DNA from: Squalus acanthias
Taxonomy: Eukaryota
Assembly (NCBI GenBank): GCA_030390025.1
Contig: CM059432.1
Location: forward strand, 20,090,001 to 20,154,000
DNA: 64,000 nt
Direction: 5' to 3'
Shown piece by piece: positions 36,911 through 47,783 of this stretch. Under the pieces are notes generated by a model. That model was not told where the DNA came from, did no database searches, and saw nothing but the letters and a program-made list of their open reading frames with translations. Made by a program: the position numbers and the translations under genes. Positions within the stretch are counted from its first letter, which is position 1. Each line of letters starts with the position of its first letter.

Positions 36911-38299
36911 TGACTAATCGAGAGGCAACACGTTCGAGGTCAGAAGGCTCACTGCTCACTCCACCTTCATAGATGACTAGATCTGCCACTGTAAATTAAA
37001 AATGAACTTTATTTTTTCCCCTACAATACAAGTGATGTATGTATTTTGGTATAGCTGTAATTGAACTTACAATAATCCACTGCGCTCTTAGTGTAACTAC
37101 TTATTTTCATCTCACAGGCAAGACCTTCAGCTTTCTGTTTTCACTGAAAATCCTGGAGTCCCATGTAATAAAAGCAGAATTGAACTGATTCAATCATCAT
37201 AAAGCAGTAGCCTTAGTCACAGGCCTATATTCGGCACTGTTTTGATTTTTTTTTGAAGTGGGGGGCACGGTAATCTTCTTTGAAGCTGTTCATCAGCTTT
37301 TGGAAGTTTTCTAGACTGGCATGCATGCGCATCGTGCCTGAACATTCGTCAGTGATCGATGAACACACAATAAAAACGCACCTACACCAAAAGAAAACCA
37401 TTTAAGAAAGACAAAACTAGAGAAGGTGATGGGAAAGCAGCACATACATTTCCTAGTTTCACTGTTGTCGGATTACAAGAGTTATAATGGCGAAAACGGC
37501 AAGGTCAGCACTTTTCAGATTTTCCTGATCAGAAAATCAGCAAGTCAGCAGAAGGTTACGGGAACTGTCATGTCAGCACAGCAAGGGATGGCCAACTGAG
37601 TCTGATGTTGAGGTATCTTGTCAGACTAGCATAAGTACAGCTCTGTATTAGATCTGAGTCAAGCCATGCCTGACCTTGGAGAGCTTGAAGCTGTCACTGG
37701 GCTTCAAAATTGAAGCAAATCTCATTTCTCAGCGTTATCACACGTACGGTGCATGGTATAAAAAAAAAGGGCAGAACTTTAGAAATGATGGAAGTCAATC
37801 GTTTCATTTACATTGGGATCTGCAGCTGCTCCATCATAAACCATGAAAACACCATTAAACTGAAGGCACCCTTTTTACACTGCTGTACAGTGTACACAGG
37901 GGCAAGAAGTGTTAACTAGTTGATTTAATTGGATATATACTTTTTTTTTAAATAACTTACACAACTTTTATTAATTAATAGGCGCAATTTTCTTTGGCAC
38001 TTCTCAACCTTTTCATTATTCACAAGTTGACCTGTGCACAGTTAGTTAATCGTTGTTTACAAATTGCATTGGAAAGCTAACCAGCAGTGGATCATGCTGC
38101 TGTACTACACCCTGGAGAGGGAAGAGTTTGGTCTCTGGCCTGGAATTCCATGCACTGAGAGTTCCTAATCTCATCCAGGGAATCCAGGAGGAACCACAGG
38201 AAAATACGTCAGTCAAGGTAGCTATGAAAACACCTCTTGCCAACCAGAAACAAACTAGCATTGACAGAGGCCTAGAATGGGCCATCTGCCTAAACTGTC

Positions 38300-38910
38300 T
38301 TACAATGGGATGTCTAGTTTGGCTATCCATTTGATGATCTTCTGAGATGCCGAATGGAGAAATGAGGTGCTTCCCGCAACAGATCTTAGTGGGCAGGTTG
38401 ATGTGATGTGTTCTATGGTCTGGCACCCATGGCCACAGTCGCACTTCGGGTCGTCCCTCATCTTCCACTTGTTAAGTAGGTGGCCGCATCGTCCATGCAC
38501 CGTGCGGATTGGGTTGAGCGCTGTCCACTGTCTTCGAGGGAGGTCGAAGCCAGTGTTGGGTCAGTGATGAGGTTTTGGTACTTTATGTTTCATGCGTCCC
38601 AGGATTCTGCCCATCTGGATAGTGGGTGGCTACCAGCTGCATGAACATTGGCTGCTGTTTCCCAGAATGGCCGGTGTGATTTTAAGCGCTTTCATGGTGG
38701 GGTTTTTCCAAGTCTTCGCGAATGGGAAGGTCGATGTTGCGCTCATGGTTTTTTTGGCGATGAGGCAAATGGCAGGCGGAGCAATGTGGGACAGCACCGG
38801 GAGCCACTCAGTTGGAGTGGACTTGAGCGTCCCCGACACCGTCCTCATGGCGGGGTTTAGCTACACGTTCCCAATCTTTGTGTGGCGGCTGCAGGACCAT
38901 GAGGCATGGT
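38300..38910 (-). mobile_element. Vingi/Ingi-type non-LTR retrotransposon 3' remnant
   Basis: LNPAMRTVSGTLKSTPTEWLPVLSHIAPP then GFDLPRRQWTALNPIRTVHGRCGHLLNKWKMRDDPKCDCGHGCQTIEHITSTCP (CCHC knuckle); no room for RNase H between them. Confidence 0.75.
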
Positions 38911-40349
38911 GACGATGGTGAACTGTGGCCTTGAAATGAAGGATAAATGAAGCACAGTGTTTCATAGGAAATATTTCCTGCAGGTAGCTTACTACAGCTT
39001 TCAGACTTGAGAGTACTCCCACAAAAGTGAAACACCTACACAGTAATCTGTGGCGAGGTTATTAAATTCAATAGTTTTAATGGAAGTGCTGTGGATTCCC
39101 CTTTTGTCAGTAATATGGTGGAATTCTCCTGTAAGGAGAAGTACTTTGAAAGATCATTTCTGTACTCCACTGTTAACGTTGAAATAAATAATTTGAATTT
39201 AAAAACTGAAACGGTGAACAATGTGGAGACCCTTTCATTTCACTTTGGATGGATTAGGAGCGTTCCCCCAAATGTTGCCCTACATGAAGGGCATGAAACT
39301 GCTTCCAACTGTACTGTTCGCCCAGTCCCTTCCACATTTTCCATTGATGTAAAGTGGCTCTGGCTCACATCAATGCAAACTGTGTAACGTAACTTCGGTG
39401 TGAAATCACCGAATCGAATTTGGGCAAGTGGTGTGAGACTGTATTCACAAGGTGGCCTTGGCTTCATACCGGCTGCAGTATAACTGAAACCAGCTTGAGG
39501 CAAACATTGAGTTTGAGGGATGATAGCCGAAAGCTGCCTGTCCTGCTAGCTCTCTAAACAACAATTTGGTAATTAAAGTTAAATCTCCAGCCAGAGAACA
39601 ACTTGGAGCTGATAGTATAGCTCTGGTGTACCAACTATTACTCTAAAGCAGTACAAGTAGTAAACTACATGATATAAAATGCTAGAACGCGGATACTCTC
39701 TGGCATCTTCAATACATAACCCCTCCTAATCTATGGTAACTATAAGATCTTTTATGGCAACAAATACTGTTTTAAGTTGTCTGATTCTGCCAACCAATCC
39801 TGCCCTTGCAAACCTCTGCTTTTGTTTTGTATTACATTGCACAGCTCTGAAGCTCAAGCGGATTACATTGTACTAAATATAGAGATCCCTCTACTAGTTC
39901 TTCCAGCTATTTGCTCTTCATAAAATGTAAATTAAAAGACCAATTACGATAGGAAAGCTAACATTTCTGCTCAAATAAAATAGCCACCCAGCCTACTTCC
40001 ATCCCCCAAACCCTTCAGTCTCTCTCCTCTTCTCCCAAAGGCACTGCCATGATCAAATGGGCTAAAGGGGCTGAGTGATCTACTCTGTTTCTATCTTCCT
40101 ATTTTCTGCACCTCTTGTGCCAAAGTTGCAGCGGACAAGCAGGAGAACCCCCATAGAACTTCGCCCACAGTTCCTATAAGTTGGCCCATATTTAAGTTGA
40201 TGTTATGTAACACTCTAAGACAAAACTATCTTCTTTGAAGGAACATCGTGCACACTTAAATTAGTAGTTTTATATGCTCCATAAATTAGAGCTAAATTTA
40301 TTTTTTTTATTTCATGGGGTTTGAAGCCAGCTGTGTGGAAACAGAGACA

Positions 40350-40782
40350 TATTACAGTGTGCTCGCTGACCTATATTGGCTCCCGGTTAAGCAACGCCTC
40401 GATTTCAAAGTTCTCATCCTTGTTTTCAAGTCCCTCCATGGCCTCGCCCCTCCCTATCTCTGTAATCTCCTCCAGCAGCACAACCCCCCCACCCCCCGAC
40501 CTCTTGAGCATCCCTGATTATAATCGCTCAACCATTGGTGGCTGTGTCTTCTGTTGCCTAGGCCCTAAGCTCTGCAATTCCCTCCCTAAACCTCTCTGCC
40601 TCTCTACCCTCTTTTATGGCTCTCCTTAAAACCTACTTCTTTGACCAAGCTTTTGGTCATCTGCCCTAATTTCTCCTTATGTGGCACGGTGGCAAATTTT
40701 TTGTCTTATAATACTCCTGTGAAGCGCCTTGGGACATTTTACTACATTAAAGGCACTATATAAATACAAGTTGCTGTTGTTG
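40350..40782 (+). mobile_element. L2 LINE 3' fragment
   Basis: VLADLYWLPVKQRLDFKVLILVFKSLHGLAPPYL; ends ataaatacaagttgctgttgttg. Confidence 0.88.
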
Positions 40783-42589
40783 TTAATACCATTGTAGTTC
40801 CACACAACTGACTTCAAGTTGTGGCAAGCAAAACGGCTTAAATAAGAAGCTTCCTTCTAGTGCTTTAACATTGCTTTGTATGACAATGCAGAAATCCCTT
40901 TCCTTGCCCAGGGATGGGCTAGTTGAGCTGCCAACCAAATTGGCTACTGCCACTCCCTCCCTCACGCATGGGGGAGGTTCTCCGGCAGCAGTCCCTGCTG
41001 AATGGAGCCATACCAACATAATCACCCAATGTCCTCCCTGGGACGCATTATCGCATTTCATTGTCTCAACCTGGTGTGGTATGCGACAAATATCATCCTG
41101 GGTAGATGTTTCAGCTGGGCCTAATTCCTCATGTGTGTTGGTCCTTAATCTGCATCTCCAGATGTTGTAAATTATGTGCATAACCTCCGTTGAGCTAAAT
41201 TTAACTTAATCACAATATTTCAATACAAATGACCCAAAATAGGTTAAAGAGTCAAAAATTCAGAAACACAACAGGGACATTGACTAATAAGCCCCATCAT
41301 CACCTACCCACCTTATCACCAACTCCCACCCCTGCTCTATCTGCAGAAACACATCTAAATTGCCTTTTGAATCCATTTATACAGTTTGATTCAACGGCCT
41401 AGCTTGGTAACTTGTTCCACAAGTATATTAATCCGATATAAAAAAATTGTACCCTACAGTCCACTCTTGATAATTCAGTTATTTTTTTTAATCCAAAAAG
41501 AAATTATTGAATTATACAGTCATTTGAACTAAGCAATTGCATTAAAATTGTACCAGAGGCTTCTATATTGCAATTCAACTTATCCAGTAGTTTAAATTAA
41601 GTAACTTGAAAATAATAGGAGTTGATTGCATTTCCTCTCATTCATAACTTCCTCTGTTACTTGAACCTTAATTTGAACCTTTACATACCCCTCAGCTATT
41701 TTACTGAACATCAGAACTCAATTCCTTTTTCAAGTTACAGTCCCCACCGCTTATACCGGGCGCATTGGTGTTAACGCAATTAGCCTGCTATCAGCGTTGG
41801 ACAGTGTATCGTCTTTTACAGGGACGAAGACCTTCCTCGCTAATGGAGGGCTGAGGTACAGCGAACGGGGCGTGCACAGTCGCTCGCGCAGCACGCCACG
41901 TCCGTTTGTTTAAGTTTCGGCCCTTCACAGAAGGTGAGGTTCTCTCCAAAGTGAGCAGGCACTGCCCTGTTTGTGACCATGTCCTTCCAGAACTGATCAC
42001 TGTGTCCATCTCCAACATCAGGGGAAACACAGCCTCCTACATCTACTGGATGATGAGTGAACTCTATAACCGTGACGCCCACCAAGTCTAATTTAATAAA
42101 ACCTGCTGAGACCCGGAAAACAAAACCAGACACAGAATGATCCATGGAGGGATTTAATTACAAATACAGTATGGTAACTAGGTCGGAAAAGCTTATTTGA
42201 ATTTCCCGAAAGAGACGGCCAACTTAATGCGTTATAAGTGAGGCCTCTGTAATCGACTTCAGTGGAAATGGCAATGATTAGCATCATTTGCCCAACATAG
42301 GCAGCTGCCCGTGATAAGTGGTGGGGATTGTACCCGAAATGGACTGAACTCCAGAAAATTGTGGGTTTTTTTTTTTTACTGACCCCTCAGTCCTCTTCTA
42401 TTCACCCTGGTTCTTCCCAATCACCAAGGATAAAAGATTTTTTTTAAACGTGTGTTTATATACCTCTTTTCATGTCCTCAGGAAGTCCAAAGCACTTCAC
42501 AGACAATGAAGTACATTTGAGGGGTAGTCACTGTTGTAATGTAGGCAAAATACATGGAGTGGTGCTAATAGAAAACTAAATATTTGACA

Positions 42590-42637
42590 AATACTGCCTG
42601 ACCTGCTGAGTATTTCCAGCATTTTCTGTTTTTATAT
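42590..42637 (+). mobile_element. Short Penelope pLTR fragment
   Basis: ctgcctgacctgctgagtatttccagcattttctgttttt between near-identical taaatat(t)tgaca repeats. Confidence 0.6.
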
Positions 42638-43469
42638 TAAATATTGACAGAATGCTTTAACTGGATGTCAAGATGACAGCATTTAAGCCAGCTCCCTGCT
42701 GTGAAAACTCAAACAGCCTCTTATCTCAATTAAATAATAATAATGATTTTCACCATCCAAGGTTATACTGTGCAATATCAGCTGCTTAAAAATATCATAG
42801 TTAGGCATGATTTGCAACCAAAAAGGAGACTTAGCCAGAGATAATTTTAATGGGAATTATGTGAAAGAGCAATTTCAAATAGCCCATTTGGAAGATATGC
42901 TCAGTCCTAAATGAACCATTCGAAAGTGCGGAGCGATTAGGTAGGGAATCTATGGTGTATTTTATAAAGGAATGTGGACATTTCACTTCACAGATAACTT
43001 CCATCTACTCTATCTAAATGTCTCAAAGATCCATTTGCCAAACACGTTAACATCTCTGGTGCTTTAGCAGTAAAAATTGTCCATTAGAATAATGTCTCCA
43101 GTTTTAATAATGATTCTACTAGTTCCTTTGCAGGTCATCATCAAGTGCTAGCAGGTTGCTGTGGCGAGGATATTTAAAATGGGAGGAAATTTTAACCTAA
43201 AGAAAGCTTGACTGTGCTCCTCCACAGAACACCCAAGGAACAGTACTCTCAAATTTATCAGCTGAAGGCATGAATCATCAGGAAAAGAGTGGTGTGACAT
43301 AAAATGTATCCAAGGAAATATGAATGTTCCTATTTTGTTTCCTATGCACAGATCTTATTCCAAATAGATATTTTCCTGGTTCTGTTCACATGGCTGCGGT
43401 TGTCGGAGACCAATTATTGCAGCCCCAGGACTTCATGCCGAGTCTGCGGCACAATCAACTGCACAAAGT

Positions 43470-44310
43470 GAGGATTCAGTCCCTTCGCTGACAATTCCAC
43501 AGTGTTCAACTCAATTCACAGCTCTTCTGATAGTGAAATAGCCCATGCTAACTTGTAGTGGGACCTGAACAACATCTCGGCTTGAGCTGATAAATGGCAG
43601 GTAATATTCATGCCAAGTAACTGCTAAGCAAGGACCATCTCTTAACAAGTAAAGTCCAACCACCTCCCCTGATCTTCAAAAGCACCACCATCTTTGAATT
43701 CCCCCAAAGTCAACAACATCTTGGGGGCATCACCATAAACCAAAACTTAACTGGACCAATCATATCAACACCATGGCTACTAAAGGAAGGCAGAGGCTGG
43801 GTACTCTATGGAAAAAAGTGACTCACCTCCTGACCCCTCAAAGTCTCCCCACCATCACAAGGCTCAAGTCATGACTGAGATTGAATACTCACTATTCACC
43901 TGGATTGTTGCATTTGCAACGACACTCAAGAAACTCAACATAACCTGGGACAAAGTAGTCTGCTTGATCGACGCACCTGCCAGTGGACTCAATATCCACT
44001 CTCTCCATACTGGCACAGTGGCTGGGTATGTACTAACAGAGGATACACTGCAACAATTCACCAGTTTACTTTGACAGCACCGCCCAGCCCCAGAACCTCT
44101 ACCATTCAAAAGAACAACAGCAGCAATATCGTGAGGCTAGCATCACTATCAAATTCTCCTCCAAGTCACACATCATCCTGAAGTGTTGCTGGGTCAAAAT
44201 CCTCCACTTAACGCCAGAAGGGCAACAGTGGTTCAAGTAAAGGTCTGCTATCTTTTCAGGGCAATGGGTGATAAATGTTGCTTTGCCAGCATTACCTATA
44301 CTTGAGAACA
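43470..44310 (+). mobile_element. Old CR1-like LINE (family B) fragment
   Basis: ttcgctgac (FAD), KAQVMTEIEYS..TTLKKLNITWDK; degraded 3' UTR. Confidence 0.75.
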
Positions 44311-44589
44311 TTTTTTTTAATGTCTGAACGGGATAGATAAATGTCAATCAATCCCACTCACAATCATGGTAACCCAATATTTACTACTTAATGGCCTGAC
44401 TTTTGAATAATGTTTCAGTCACAATGAACTACTCTTCTTTTAAACCAAAAACAAAGTCACTTCTAAAGTCTTTCTCATATTGCGATAGAAACTGGCTGAA
44501 GTGTATTTGCTGGAGCACCTTCACAACAAATAAATATAGATCTACATCAGCTAGGTATAAGGAATCGGAGATTGTAAATGTGCATGTGG

Positions 44590-44955
44590 ATTCCCCGAAT
44601 GGCTCAGTTAGTTGCGGCAATGGATAGATAGGTCATACAGGCCAATAATTTCCCAGGTTGATCCCTAGTTTGTGCTGACTCTGGTGATCTCAGCTGGTGT
44701 CCACTAGGGATTCTAGGGGTGCTACAATTGGCGTCAGAGTCGGAGTTAGAGAGGGTAAAATCAGGAGTTCTCACTCTTGATCCTGCTGTGTGAGGACAGT
44801 ATCAGCCCTGGCTGTGTTGCACCCAGTGGCTGAACGGGCTACCAATACTTGCGGTTTAGATCACAGATGAAGAATGGCCACTTGGACAAAGTTCCAGAAG
44901 GCAAATTCTGCATGTGGACCCATATCCAGCAAGGAGTCAATACCTTGAGGAGAAG
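44590..44955 (+). mobile_element. LF-SINE-like element, near full length and diverged
   Basis: tRNA-like head (tggctcagttagt; ccaggttgatccc), gatctcagctgg, gaagaatggccacttgg, ccagcaaggagtcaataccttgaggaga. Confidence 0.55.
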
Positions 44956-45686
44956 CTAAAGCTAGCAGAACAAAAGTGGGAAGAAAAATCGACGTATAAG
45001 GAACTGAGCATTGTTAAATTACTGAGACACCTTATTAGATTTCATGGTAGTCTGAACAGCTCACTTTCAAGAGAGGTTACTTGAACACAGATAGAAACCT
45101 AGCATACATATTGAAATTAATTTGGGCAAAATTATTCAAATACCTAGCATAAAACTGCCACCAATTTATCACTGGTATTAAATTGGCTATCACACCCAGC
45201 AACACGGGAAATGTCAACAGTTGAATGTGTAGGTTGCTCCTCCCACTTTCATGGTCAAAGCACATTGCTAGGAAAGAGTAGAAGGAGCTTTACTCGGAAA
45301 TTCCTCAGGGGTTCCACCAGTCTCCTGGCGTAAGCTGGTAAACTGTGATGACTGGGCTGTGTTGGGTCTCCACGGTTCCTGGAAATTTCTTGGCTGTCTT
45401 GTAAGGACAGACACTTTGTCTGCCCCTTACGAGGCAAATGACATCCAAGGAGCAGGTGACTTCCTAAGCCGGGAATTCCCGTTCCTGAGCCTGAATTGAA
45501 ACCTTGTGTTGGAGGGGCGATCAGTATGTCAAGTGAGATGGGGCATATCACCTTCCACAAAAGGGCATCTGTGGGCACCACCAATGGCCCAGACCCCTGC
45601 AAAGGTAAAACTAAAAACATTCACAGACGAGCACCCTTGCACACAGGGCCAAGAGGACCATGGTCAGAATGTGTGGGCTTGGACAA

Positions 45687-45960
45687 CACCGTCTGCAAGC
45701 ACAGCAGCCAATTTCTGCACAGCACGCTCCCAGAAACAGCGATGAACTGAATGACTAGTTCCTCTGTTTCTGATGGTGTTGATTGGGGAAGGAATATATG
45801 CCAGGGCACTATGAGACCTCCCTGCTGCTCTTCAAATATTGCCGTTAGATCTTTTATGCCCACCTCAACAGGCAGACAGCACCTAGGTTTAATGTTGCAT
45901 CTGAAAGATGGTACCTTCTGACAAGGCAGCACTCCCTCAGTGCAACACTGAAGTGTCAGC
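45687..45960 (-). repeat. Inverted copy of the DeuSINE core at 51198-51471
   Basis: 274 bp, 12 mismatches by manual alignment, no indels. Confidence 0.9.
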
Positions 45961-46525
45961 TGACAGCAGGCTGGCACCAAAGATGTGCTCAAAGTTGTGC
46001 GTCCACCCACCTGACCCCGCAAACCCAGTCAGGGTCGGCACTGGAGGGCACAATCCCAGTATTACCGCCAGGATAACAATCCAAGGAATTTCTGAGCCAC
46101 TATATTTAAAAATTCTATATCTAACCTACACATGTTTGATGCTGTCGCTGGTGCCTGAAGTGGGAAGATACTCCATTCCCTGGCAACAATATTTCTCACC
46201 TTGAACAAAAAATAACTTTATAAAATAGAATGAAATGCCTGTCTCACACGAGGATATCCTTAATCATGTTGCAAAGTCTTCAACTGAGTATAAAAGGATG
46301 GCCAAGAGCCAGTTAACATTAGGACTGTCTGCATGTGGAACTAAATTGAGTGTTCCTGCAGCTTCAAACCTTCAGAATATTGCAAGGTTCATTTGAAGGA
46401 GGGGAGAAATTAACAACAAGGAGAATGTTGTCGAACAGCGACTCGTACAGCTGCCAGTTCACATCCACAGTGATTTCATCCTCAAGACTTGCAACAGCTC
46501 TCCTTGTTACTCTGTACACCCCTTC

Positions 46526-47465
46526 AACAACAACATGCATTTATATAGCACACCATCCAGGACAAAGCAGCCCGCTTGATTGGCACCCCATCCACCACCT
46601 TAAACATTCACTCCCTCCACCACCGACGTACTGTGGCTGCAGTGTGTACCATCTACAAGATGCACTGCAGCAACTCGCCAAGGCTTCTTCGGCAGCACCT
46701 CCCAAACCAGCGACCTCTTCCACCTAGAAGGACAAGGGCAGCAGGCGAATGGGAACACCACCACCTCCAAGTTTCCCTCCAAGTCACACACCATCTTGAC
46801 TTAAAAGTATATCGCCGATCCTTCATCGTCGCTGGGTCAACATCCTGGAACTCCCTCCCTAACAGCACTGTGGGAGTACCTTCACCGCACAGACTGCAGC
46901 GGCTCAAGGCGGCGGCTCACCACCACCTTCTCAAGGGCAATTAGGGATGGGCAATAAATGTTGGCCTTGCCAGCGACTGCCCACATCCCATATACGAATA
47001 AAAACATTTAAAGTAGTAAACTGTCCCAAGGCATTTCGCAGGAGCGTCATCAAACAAAATTTGACACCGAGCCACATGAGATAATAGGATAGGTGACCAA
47101 AAGCTTGGCCAAAGAGGTAGGTTTTAAGGAGCACCTTAAAGGAGGAGGGAAAGGTAGAGAGGCCAACAGGTTTAGAGAGGGAATTCCAGAGGTTATTGGC
47201 TGAAGGCACGGCGGCCAAAGGTAGAGCGATTATAATCAGGGAGGCGCAAGATGCCAGATTTGGAGGAGCGCAGATATCTCGGAGGGTTTGAGGGCTGGAG
47301 GAGATTACAGAGATGGGGAGGGGCAAGGCCACAAAGGGATTTGAAAACAAGGATGAGAGATTTAAATTCAAGGTGGTGCCAGACAGGGAGCCAATGTCCT
47401 GTCAACGGGCACTGAGGTGATGGGTGAAGGGAACTTGGTACGAGGTAGGATACTGGCAGCAGCAT
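46526..47465 (-). mobile_element. L2 3' fragment split by a family B CR1-like insert
   Basis: L2 end aacaacaacatgcatttatatagcac at 46526-46551 resumes at ~47007 tttaaagtagtaaactgtcccaagg; HWLPVWHHLEFKSLILVFKSL. Confidence 0.8.
46549..47003 (+). mobile_element. CR1-like LINE (family B) 3' fragment
   Basis: ORF 46576-46944 ending AAHHHLLKGN*. Confidence 0.85.
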
Positions 47466-47783
47466 TGGACATTCAACTTACATACTCTGGAATACAGAGC
47501 ATCGAGTACTTAGAACTACAAGTATTGTATGCGTGAGGTCGCTCATGTTCAGTTTTTACTGATTTGCAGCTGAAAATTGTCAACCTAGGTAATTACTTGG
47601 AATCGAAGGACCTCTGACCGTCTCACGAGAGTTGATTCTAAACGTCTCTAACAGTTACACATGGAGCTTGCTGTGGTTAAGCAATGCCTCGATTTCAAAA
47701 TTCTCATCCTTGTTTTCAAATCCCTCCATGGCCTCGCCCCTCCCTATCTCTGTAATCTCCTCCAGCCCCACAACCCCCAGAGA

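Noticed and set aside
47632..47783. N-terminal extension of the 971-aa ORF as a real domain
   Set aside because: Off-frame L2 and flanking sequence, in frame by chance
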